DNA of 64,000 nucleotides from assembly GCA_963727175.1 (NCBI GenBank), contig CAVSFD010000002.1, positions 4,701,381 through 4,765,380 on the forward strand, written 5' to 3'. The notes below the pieces were generated by a model. The model was not told the origin of the DNA, did not search any database, and saw only the letters and a program-made list of their open reading frames with translations. Source of the stretch: an uncultured Spirochaetota bacterium. Its GTDB lineage: Bacteria; Spirochaetota; UBA4802; UBA5550. The position numbers and the translations under genes are program-made. Below are positions 50,254 through 58,952 of the stretch, piece after piece. How positions within the stretch are numbered: the first letter of the stretch is position 1; every line of letters starts with the position of its first letter.

Positions 50254-50317
50254 CTCCTCGGTCCGGCTGCACGGCATCATCAAATCACGATAAACATACG
50301 GGCACAAGCCAGAGCCA

Positions 50318-50797
50318 TCAATCATTTCCGCCGGTAACCGGAGAAATGATGAAGTTGTTCCTGAAAACAACATTGTCCGGCGCGATGCGGCAGGCCTCCA
50401 GGTACATCCGGAAGGCACCGTCCCTGTTGCCGGTTATCTCGTAAACGACCGCCAGGTTGTTGCGCGCGGCCGGTTCAAGGGCATCCTCGGCCAGGACCTC
50501 CCTGAAGAGAATCTCCGCCTGGCCGTACCGCCCCTCAATGGCAAGGTCAACGCCCCAGTTGTTAATGGCGGCAACCGGTGATAGACCGCTCTTCCGCGCC
50601 AGTACCTTCTTGGCCGTGACGTGGTACTGTGCCGTCAGGCTGCGGCCGCCGGCGGGGTCGGGGCGGTACAGGTCATGCCTGCGGTCTACCGATACGGTAT
50701 GGTAGCAGTAGCACGATTCCATGGCAAGGGACGCGAATATAGCGATTATCACCGCAAAACGTGTCACGGAATGCCTCCTTTCATACAAAGAAGACAC
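50318..50797 (-). CDS. TPR-repeat protein, probably periplasmic
   Basis: 159 aa with an N-terminal hydrophobic segment and TPR-like helices (AEILFREVLAEDALEPAARNNLAVVYEITGNRDGAFRMYLEACRIAPDN). Confidence 0.45.
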   Translation of the reverse strand: MSSLYERRHSVTRFAVIIAIFASLAMESCYCYHTVSVDRRHDLYRPDPAGGRSLTAQYHVTAKKVLARKSGLSPVAAINNWGVDLAIEGRYGQAEILFREVLAEDALEPAARNNLAVVYEITGNRDGAFRMYLEACRIAPDNVVFRNNFIISPVTGGND

Positions 50798-51095
50798 ATC
50801 ATGTTCCGTATGATGTCAATATAAAAAACCATGCGGCCCCGTCCTGTTTTTCCGCCTGGTGATCCAAGGCCGCCTGCTGAATAACGTGTAACCTTTCCAA
50901 ATAATTATTGACTAATTACTTTATCTGCTTTTTTTAGTGATACAATTACAGTATTTCTTAATATAGTTGTTGCGAAGCTTACGTATCGCGTTCAGAGTAG
51001 CCCCGCGGAGGGGCTTTGTAAGGGGCTTCACCCCCTTAACCCCTGAAGACTAAAATATTTTGCAGCAATTCTAAAATTATCCGGAGAAAAACCCA

Positions 51096-53042
51096 ATGTC
51101 GAAAAAGTACCTGGTCCTGATCGCGACCTTTGCGATCATACTATCCTGCTTCAAGAATTCCGAAGGCCTTAAAAAGAACGACATCCCCGCGCTGGTTAAC
51201 CAGTTCCTCGCCATGCACGTGCAGTACCACTCCCTGAACGACGAGCTGTCCGAACGCATCCTCGACAACTTCATATTGTCCCTGGATTACGGCAAGTACT
51301 ACTTCTACAAAAAAGACATCGAAGGATTCAAGAAATACCGGCACAAAATAGACGACTATGTCCAGAACAACCAGTTCGACTTCATGGACGACATCTATTC
51401 GCTTTACAAGAAGCGCTTCATGGAAAGCAACAAGCTCATCAACGAGCTTATCACAAGCAAGTTCGATTTTACCGTCGAAGAAAAAATAGTCGTCGACCGC
51501 GACAAGGTAGACTACGCCGAGACAAAAAAGGAAATGCGGGACCGCTGGCGCAAGAACATCAAGCTTCAGCTCCTCAACTACCTATCGTCAGGCCAGAGCC
51601 TGTCTGAGGCGAAAAAGAAGCTCGCCAAGAAATACAACCTTCTCAACAAGCGGGTCGATGAAATCGACGAGGAAAAGCTCCTCGACCGCTTCATGAACGC
51701 CTTTTCAATGGCCCTTGATCCCCACTCCAATTACCTCACGCAGGAAGAGAACGAGGATTTCAGCATATCCATGAAACTGAAGCTTGAAGGGATCGGCGTC
51801 CGGCTCAAGACAGAGGACGGCTTTGTTATCGTAGAATCGATCATCACCGGCGGAGCAGCCGACAAGCTGCCGGAAAAGATCAAGCTGAAGCCGGGCGACA
51901 AGGTTATCGCCGTGGCACAGGGCGGCGACGAGCCGGTTGACGTGGTCGACATGGACCTCCGCGACGTGGTGAAAAAGATCCGCGGGACCAAGGGAACCGA
52001 GGTGCGCCTCACCGTGCTGCGCGAATCCGGCGAGGGCAACAAGCCGATCCGGATGGTGGTCCCCATCGTCCGCGAGGAGATAAGCCTCAAGGACAGCGCC
52101 GCAGAATCTCAGATACTGACCATCGACGGCGACAAAAACCGGAAGGTCGGATACATCAAGCTCCCATCCTTCTATTACGACAAGGAGCGGAGTAAAAGCT
52201 CGTCCGGCGACGTGCGGGAAATCCTCCTGAAGCTGAAAGCGGAAAAAGTCAAGGGCATCATCCTCGACCTCCGCGGGAACCCCGGCGGTCTGCTCAACGA
52301 GGCTATCGATATCGCGGGCTTCTTCATCACCGGCGGCCCGGTACTCCAGATCGTGGACGGCAGGAACCAGCCCCACGTGGTCAATGACAACGACGAGAGC
52401 ATCGTCTATGACGGCCCGATGGTGGTGCTGATCGACAAGTTCAGCGCCAGCGCCTCGGAGATCCTTGCCGGCGCCATCAGGGACTATAACCGCGGGCTCA
52501 TCATCGGACCGGACAACACCTTCGGCAAGGGCACCGTGCAGTCATACAATGAGCTCCCCTTCAAGAAGGGAGCCATCAAGATCACCATTTCCCTGTTCTA
52601 TCAGCCGGACGGCTTATCGAACCAGCTGACCGGCATCGCGCCGGACATCAGGGTGCCTGACCTCTCATCCATATGGGACATAGGCGAAAGCAAAAACCGC
52701 TATCCGCTCAAGTGGAAAAGGATACCGGCCGCGGAGCATAAAAACTTCGGCCTGGTGAACCAGGCCCTGGTGGCGCAGCTGAGCGGACAATCGGCGGCCC
52801 GCGTCAACGTCAGCGACAAGTACCGCAAGCTCATTGAAAAAATCAAAAAATACAAGGATCAGGTCAACAGCAAAACCATCAGCCTGAAGGAGGAGTCCGC
52901 CCTGGAGAAGCAGAAGCAAAAGGAGCTGGAAAAGACCTTCAACAAGGACAGCGGCAAAAAGCTGGTAGACCTGGAGAACGACCTGTTCCTGGGCGAGGCC
53001 TTCAAGATTACCGGTGATTACATCAACATGGTGGGCCGTTAA
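51096..53042 (+). CDS. prc: Tail-specific (C-terminal processing) protease, S41 family
   Basis: 648 aa with a signal peptide and PDZ domain. The S41 catalytic region is DLRGNPGGLL...SASASEILAGAIRDYNRGLIIG. Confidence 0.85.
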   Translation: MSKKYLVLIATFAIILSCFKNSEGLKKNDIPALVNQFLAMHVQYHSLNDELSERILDNFILSLDYGKYYFYKKDIEGFKKYRHKIDDYVQNNQFDFMDDIYSLYKKRFMESNKLINELITSKFDFTVEEKIVVDRDKVDYAETKKEMRDRWRKNIKLQLLNYLSSGQSLSEAKKKLAKKYNLLNKRVDEIDEEKLLDRFMNAFSMALDPHSNYLTQEENEDFSISMKLKLEGIGVRLKTEDGFVIVESIITGGAADKLPEKIKLKPGDKVIAVAQGGDEPVDVVDMDLRDVVKKIRGTKGTEVRLTVLRESGEGNKPIRMVVPIVREEISLKDSAAESQILTIDGDKNRKVGYIKLPSFYYDKERSKSSSGDVREILLKLKAEKVKGIILDLRGNPGGLLNEAIDIAGFFITGGPVLQIVDGRNQPHVVNDNDESIVYDGPMVVLIDKFSASASEILAGAIRDYNRGLIIGPDNTFGKGTVQSYNELPFKKGAIKITISLFYQPDGLSNQLTGIAPDIRVPDLSSIWDIGESKNRYPLKWKRIPAAEHKNFGLVNQALVAQLSGQSAARVNVSDKYRKLIEKIKKYKDQVNSKTISLKEESALEKQKQKELEKTFNKDSGKKLVDLENDLFLGEAFKITGDYINMVGR

Positions 53043-53123
53043 TTAAGCCATCTGAAATTTCTTAAAAAGCAAAGGCGAGGTCGTTCAACCTCGCCTTTGT
53101 CACATATATCCCCGGCTGCCCTT

Positions 53124-54176
53124 TCACATCCTGGCAATATATTCCCTCACCTTCCCGACCGATTCGCCCGGCGCGATCACGACAGGGTCCACCCCTGACC
53201 GCATGAGGCGGATGCGCAGGTCGCCGATGTCCCTCCTCCGGGCAGGGCAGCAGAGGTCCTCGATAAACAGGACCGCCTCGATGCCATGGCCCTTGATCAT
53301 CGAATAGAGAAGAGCGACACGCTCCTCCACAGGCCGCACCGACGGGCAGCGCGGGCGGTATGAAAAAGCGTCCAGTATTTCTCCATACAGGTCCGCCGAT
53401 TCATGGTTGTAGGACATGTCGAACTGCCTCCTGCCGCCGCAGGCGTCATCCTCCACGATGAGACACCCGGCGTCCTCGATCTCGTCCAGCAACGCCGCGT
53501 CGCAGGCAAAGCTCGCGTAGACCATCACCGGCACCGGGCGTACAGCCGCGCCGCTTTCCGCCCGGTTCAGCGCATCCAGGACCGATGCCAGGAACTCCGA
53601 AATCACGGCCGGCGGGAACATCACAGCCGCCTCCAGTATGACCCCCAGGTCGCGGCACGAGAGAAGGTCCGGCTTTTCACGCCGGGCCGATACGATTCCC
53701 CGCACCATCCTCCGCGCACTGTTGTACTCGGCGGTCACGGCAGCGAGCCTCCCGCGGTCAAGGCGGGACAGGCCGGGACACCCGGCATCCTCAAGAAGTT
53801 TTTCCAGGGAAGTCTCCATCATCCGGGATGATTCTTCACCCCAGCCGGCAGGGCAGTTGAATTCGTGCACCTTCAGTCGGGCTTCCCTCGTTCCTTCCCT
53901 GCCGGCGCATCCCCGCGGAACCACCAGGAGATCATAGACTCCCTCGATGCCGTCAATGGCCGGCACTCCCGCGGCGGTGCAATGACCGATCATCAGCGAG
54001 GGCAGCCGCAGTGGAACGAGCCCCAGGGCCGCGGTTATCTCTGCGGGGATCATATCGCAGGTGACGCCGGCCACGCGGGAGCCGGTCTCCTCCCGGAACC
54101 TGGCGACCGCCATGCCAGACTGATATATCATTTCCCTCAGGGGATCGACCAGATGTGAAAGCTTAGATTCCATCAT
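53124..54176 (-). CDS. 2-hydroxyacyl-CoA dehydratase / benzoyl-CoA reductase B/D-subunit family protein (orphan)
   Basis: 350 aa with the length and Cys pattern of the HgdB/BcrB/BadD family. I see no adjacent partner subunit or activator ATPase. Confidence 0.45.
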   Translation of the reverse strand: MMESKLSHLVDPLREMIYQSGMAVARFREETGSRVAGVTCDMIPAEITAALGLVPLRLPSLMIGHCTAAGVPAIDGIEGVYDLLVVPRGCAGREGTREARLKVHEFNCPAGWGEESSRMMETSLEKLLEDAGCPGLSRLDRGRLAAVTAEYNSARRMVRGIVSARREKPDLLSCRDLGVILEAAVMFPPAVISEFLASVLDALNRAESGAAVRPVPVMVYASFACDAALLDEIEDAGCLIVEDDACGGRRQFDMSYNHESADLYGEILDAFSYRPRCPSVRPVEERVALLYSMIKGHGIEAVLFIEDLCCPARRRDIGDLRIRLMRSGVDPVVIAPGESVGKVREYIARM

Positions 54177-54429
54177 ACCATCACTGTTGTTGTTTAACTA
54201 CATATAATTATTTCCATGCGCCCCGCCGCCTGCGGCGGCAGCACACAGTATTGATCAGCAAGTTTTCAACAGGTCTATAATTAATTTTAAAAAAATGTTT
54301 GTATTTATGCAGATAATTCATTAACTGTTGCTTTTTGCAAGAATAAAACAGATTTGCAGTGAAACCGGCGTCTTCCGAACCGTAATGCCCCGCTGCCGCA
54401 GGGCCGGGCGGCAATTCTGACAATCAACC

Positions 54430-55480
54430 GTGACACGGAGAATCCCTATGCCAGCGGCAAAATCAGCACAGAAAAAAAAGTCCCCAGCGCCCTACCTGTC
54501 CGTCGTCCTGCCGGTTTACAACGAGCAGGACAACATCAGGCTCCAGTACGAGGAGATCGTCAAGGCACTGAAACCGCTCAATGTCACCTATGAAGTCATT
54601 TTCATCGACGACGGCAGCATCGATTCATCGCCGCAGATCCTCCGCGACATCGCGAAAAAGGACCGCAACATCAAGGTCGTCCTGTTCCGCCGCAATTTCG
54701 GCCAGACGGCTGCCATGTCGGCCGGCATTGATTTCGCGGCGGGATCAATCATTATATTCATGGACTCCGATCTTCAGAACGATCCCAACGACATCGGCAT
54801 GCTGTTCAAAAAGATCGAGGAAGGATATGACGTGGTGAGCGGCTGGCGGAAAAAACGAATGGACAAGTTCTTTTCACGAAAGCTCCCGTCGCGGATCGCC
54901 AACTGGCTCATCGCCAGGGTCACCGGGGTCAAACTCCACGACCTGGGATGCTCCCTCAAGGCATACCGGAGCGAAATTCTGAAGCAGGTCAGCCTCTACG
55001 GCGAGATGCACCGCTTCATCCCGGTCCACGCGTCATGGATCGGCGCCAAGATCACGGAAGTACCGGTCATGCACCACCCGCGCAAATACGGCGCGTCAAA
55101 ATACGGCATCAAGCGCACCTTCAAGGTAATCCTGGACCTCATAACCGTCACCTTCATGGGCAAGTATTCCACCAAGCCGATCTACGTCTTCGGCGGCACG
55201 GGGTTCTTCATGTTCATGCTGAGTATTGTAAGCGGCATCGCGGTCATCCTGATGAAGGTGTTCCTCAACCAGTCCATGAGCAGGAACCCGCTCCTGATCC
55301 TCACGGTAATGCTGCATCGTCCTTTCCGTCCTGTTTATCCAGATCGGGATCCTGGCGGAAATCCTGATACGGATATACCACGAGTCCCAGAACAAGCAGC
55401 CCTACAGCGTGCTGGAAACGGTCAATATCGCCAGGAAGAACACGGTGATCATTTTTTTTCTTTTGCCCGCGAAGAGGAAC
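54430..55480 (+). CDS. GT2-family polyprenyl-phosphate glycosyltransferase (GtrB/ArnC-like), with a C-terminal frameshift near 55290
   Basis: Motifs are LSVVLPVYNE, FIDDGS and FMDSDLQND. After ...LLILTVML the expected C-terminal TM region (IVLSVLFIQIGILAEILIRIYHESQNKQPYSVLE) continues in another frame. The 3' end is uncertain because of a T8 run at about 55455. Confidence 0.65.
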
Positions 55481-56186
55481 TTCATCGGGTGCTTCTTGAT
55501 CTCCGCTGGCCACTTCGTCCAGCGTCCGGGAAGTTTTCCTCATGCTGCCGACAATGTCGATGATGTCCTTCTGCGAGTTCTGCAGAATATTGTTGATGTT
55601 CGCCATGCTCGTCGGCCAGGCTGGTGACAAGCTTGCGGATGTCCCCGCGGCTCTCCTGCGAGACTTCCCGGTAAAGGGTCACGATGGTCGTCACCTCGGT
55701 CAGCAGGGTGTTGACCTTGGCCATGATGTCCTCAATGCTGCCGGATTCGATCCCCTCGATAACGTCCCCCTCCATCAGGAAGGCGCCCTTCTTCTCCGGA
55801 TTGCGCAGCTCCACCACCGGGTCGCCGATGACGTTCTGGTTGGTGATGATGGCGGCGCAGTCCTCGTACAGCTCGATGTCCTTCTTGATGCGGAGGGTCG
55901 CGATGAAATGGAGGGCCGGTTTGAAGAGGGGCTGCACGTCGACGACGCGGCCAAGCTGGTGACCCTTGATCTGGACGGGTGTTCCCTTCTTCAGAGATGT
56001 GATGCTGTTCACCTTCACGTACACGTCCATGGTGGACGTGGCGAGTGAATAGCCGAGCTTCACCAGTATGAAGAGGACGATGACGACGGCCGGAACAAGG
56101 ACGAAGAGGCCCACCCGGTATTCGATCCTTCCCATTCCCTCGCGGATCCTGCCGATTATCATGTTCCTGTCGAATTGCAATTTCAT
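55400..56186 (-). CDS. mlaD: MCE-domain protein MlaD-like, with a frameshift in the C-terminal region near 55600
   Basis: N-terminal TM helix plus an MCE domain (VKVNSITSLKKGTPVQIKGHQLGRVVDV). The C-terminal coiled-coil region (ANINNILQNSQKDIIDIVGSMRKTSRTLDEV) is in a different frame. The exact 3' end is uncertain because of an A8 run. Confidence 0.6.
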
Positions 56187-56197
56187 ACACCCTCGCG

Positions 56198-56935
56198 TTA
56201 GCGGATCTCCATGGGCCCTTCCAGGGCCATGTCCCTGAACTGGACCAGGTAGGGGTTATCTGACTCGAGGAATTCCCCGCGTGTCCCCGAGAACACCATC
56301 CTCCCTTTATACAGCATACGAAAGGTATCGGCAAAATCAAGATATTTTTGCGGATCATTGGTCATGAATACCACCGACCTGTCCGGGCGCTCCACGCGCC
56401 GCTTCAGCACGTCCATGAAGGAGCGGATATTGAGGGGCGACTGGCCCACAAAGGCGTGCTCGATGATAAGCAGGTCCGGGTCATGGGCCACCGCCCGGCC
56501 GTAGGCGGTGCGGAAGATCTGGGATGCGGTAAGGGCCACGGGCCGCAGGTTCCTTTTATCGAGGATATTCAATTCCCCCATGAGCCGTTCCGTGATGCCG
56601 GTGATCTCCTCCGGCGAGTACTCGGAATAATAGTCAAGGCGCAGGGAGATGTTCTGCTCAACGGTCATGTTGGAGATGAGGCCGTATTCGCCGTGGAGGT
56701 AGCCGATCTCGTTCTTGTAGCGAAGTTTTCCCAGGTAATCGAGTCCCTGCAGCGTGGATCCCCGGTACCGTATGTCGCCGGTATACAGCTCCTCCAGGTT
56801 CAGCATCAGCTGCGACAGCGTCCGCAGTCCCGACTCCTCGACCCCGAAAAAAACCGTGTTCTCGCCGGTCCCTATGGAAAAGGAGAGATTCTCAACCGGC
56901 TCGGCGGCCGTCGCAGGATACGTTGATGAATTCAA
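56198..56935 (-). CDS. mlaF: MlaF-like ABC ATPase homologue with degenerate nucleotide-binding motifs
   Basis: It aligns with MlaF, but Walker A GPSGxGKT(T) is replaced by GVEESGLRT and signature LSGGM by LTASQ. Walker B DEP is replaced by IEHA, and the H-loop His by Asn. Confidence 0.65.
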   Translation of the reverse strand: MNSSTYPATAAEPVENLSFSIGTGENTVFFGVEESGLRTLSQLMLNLEELYTGDIRYRGSTLQGLDYLGKLRYKNEIGYLHGEYGLISNMTVEQNISLRLDYYSEYSPEEITGITERLMGELNILDKRNLRPVALTASQIFRTAYGRAVAHDPDLLIIEHAFVGQSPLNIRSFMDVLKRRVERPDRSVVFMTNDPQKYLDFADTFRMLYKGRMVFSGTRGEFLESDNPYLVQFRDMALEGPMEIR

Positions 56936-56951
56936 TCAGCGGGGCCATATC

Positions 56952-57782
56952 CTACTCCAGCCACACGTAATAGAAGGCCACCGAAATGGCAACATTAAGC
57001 AGGACGATGAAGAAGAGCGTCCGGCTCACCGCGCGTGACACGAAGATCGGGATCTCGAACTTCGACCGGGGCATCATCCCGTAGTAGCAGCTGATGAGGG
57101 GAATGAGCAGGCCGAAGGTCAGGCTCTTGAGGATGGTGGCCGTCAGATCTTTAAGAGAAAAGGCCAGGATCAGGTTCTGGAAGAACACGTCCAGGGGAAT
57201 GTAAATCGTCGAGAGGGATATAAAGTAGCCGCCCAAAAAGGCCGCGATATCGAAAAATATAATAAGTGAAAATATCGAGATAATCGACGCGGCGATGCGG
57301 GGTATCACGATGTAGAGGCGCGGGTCAATGCCTGATATCTCCAGGGATAGTATCTCCTTGCTCCACTGCTGCGTCGCCGTCTCGGTGGCCATGGCGGTCC
57401 CGGACCGGCTTATCACGATGAGTGCCGTTACCAGGGGCCCCAGCTCGCGGGCAATGATGATCACCAGCAGGTTGCCGAAATATCCCTCGATGCCGTACTT
57501 CGGCAGGTTGGTCTTGCCCTGGATTATGACCACGCCCCCCAGGAGCATCGCTATGACGATGACAATGGGAAGCGCGTCGATGCCGGTATACCGGGTCTGG
57601 TTCAGGATGATAGTATTAATCGCGCGCATACGGATAAACTGCAGCGACTTGAAGGACTGGAAGATGGAATATACGTAAGTACCGAAGTCCCGGACCCCGT
57701 CCCAGAATCGCAGAGCTGCCGCGCCGACGGCAACCGGCAGCGCCACGCCCCGTGCTCCATTGTTCTGATTATCAGCCATTGC
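56952..57782 (-). CDS. mlaE: ABC transporter permease MlaE
   Basis: Polytopic permease with MlaE-like conserved segments (ARELGPLVTALIVISRSGTA). The start was chosen at MADNQ. Confidence 0.8.
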   Translation of the reverse strand, partial: AMADNQNNGARGVALPVAVGAAALRFWDGVRDFGTYVYSIFQSFKSLQFIRMRAINTIILNQTRYTGIDALPIVIVIAMLLGGVVIIQGKTNLPKYGIEGYFGNLLVIIIARELGPLVTALIVISRSGTAMATETATQQWSKEILSLEISGIDPRLYIVIPRIAASIISIFSLIIFFDIAAFLGGYFISLSTIYIPLDVFFQNLILAFSLKDLTATILKSLTFGLLIPLISCYYGMMPRSKFEIPIFVSRAVSRTLFFIVLLNVAISVAFYYVWLE

Positions 57783-58013
57783 CAAACCCTTACGGCCACA
57801 TTCTACCCGGCAGGGAGATACTATCACAGGGACGATAAATTTATCAATTACAATTTGTTAACAGACGCGGTGATGGTGCTCTATAATAATATATTCCTTG
57901 ATAAAAATATCTATTGCTATATACATATTCATGAGTTGTGGTTTTTTTCCAATATGCGATTTTTCACAGCCGCATGGATCCCTTTCAGAAATAACACTCG
58001 CCAGGAGGGACTG

Positions 58014-58835
58014 ATGAAACGACTGTTTGTAAGTGTAACAGCGATAATGTTCATTGCGATGATGGCGTACGGTCTTGATGAAACTGATCCGGAAAAACGC
58101 GAGATAATAAAGAAGGACCCCCGGCAGGGCAGAATGGAGTCTCAGGGAGGCAGGTCCCGTGCGCGGCTCAAACCCGGCGAAACAGGGATAGGCGGCATCG
58201 CCTTCGTGAACATTCCCGCCGGAGAATTCATGATGGGCTCGCCCAATTCCGATCCCGAAAGCAATTTCGCGGAAAAACCGCAGCACACGGTGCATGTGGA
58301 CTCATTTCACATGAGCGTGTATGAAATCACCCAAGCCGTGTACGAGGAGGTGATGGGAAAAAATCCCAGCCGCCAGAGGGGCGGGAACTTTCCCGTGGAA
58401 AACGTGACCTGGAACGATGCCGTGGCCTTCTGCGCAGCATTTTCGAAAAAATACGATGTGGCGATGAGGCTCCCTACCGAGGCTGAATGGGAATACGCCT
58501 GCCGCGCCGGCACTGTGACGCGGTATTACTGGGGCGACCAGTTCGACAAGACAAAGGTTATCTCGCGCGACAGTGCCGCAAGGCCTTTCCCGGTCGGCAG
58601 CCGGCAGCCGAACCCATGGGGACTCCATGACATGCTCGGCAATATGCAGGAATGGTGTCTTGACGTATACGATGTCGGTTATTACGCCAAGAGCCCGGCG
58701 AAAAATCCCGCCGGTCTTGTAAACAGCGCCTCGCCATGGCGCTCCATACGCGGAGGGGGTTTCACGTCGAGCCCCCGGCGGTGCCGCTGCGCCTACCGGC
58801 TGGGCGATTACACGCACTATGCGGGCGCCTTCTAG
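58014..58835 (+). CDS. Formylglycine-generating-enzyme (SUMF1/FGE-sulfatase) family protein, secreted
   Basis: Signal peptide followed by the FGE-sulfatase domain (NVTWNDAVAFCA, RLPTEAEWEYACRAGT, GNMQEWCLD, RGGGF). Confidence 0.75.
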   Translation: MKRLFVSVTAIMFIAMMAYGLDETDPEKREIIKKDPRQGRMESQGGRSRARLKPGETGIGGIAFVNIPAGEFMMGSPNSDPESNFAEKPQHTVHVDSFHMSVYEITQAVYEEVMGKNPSRQRGGNFPVENVTWNDAVAFCAAFSKKYDVAMRLPTEAEWEYACRAGTVTRYYWGDQFDKTKVISRDSAARPFPVGSRQPNPWGLHDMLGNMQEWCLDVYDVGYYAKSPAKNPAGLVNSASPWRSIRGGGFTSSPRRCRCAYRLGDYTHYAGAF

Positions 58836-58952
58836 GGGTTCAGGGTGGTAATAACTGGTAAGATCCCGAAGTAGGAGCACCTGCCACAGGGGGGCATGCC
58901 GGCCCGATCAGGGCCGGCTTCCTTCATCATTTTGGTGCCAGGTCTCTTTTTA

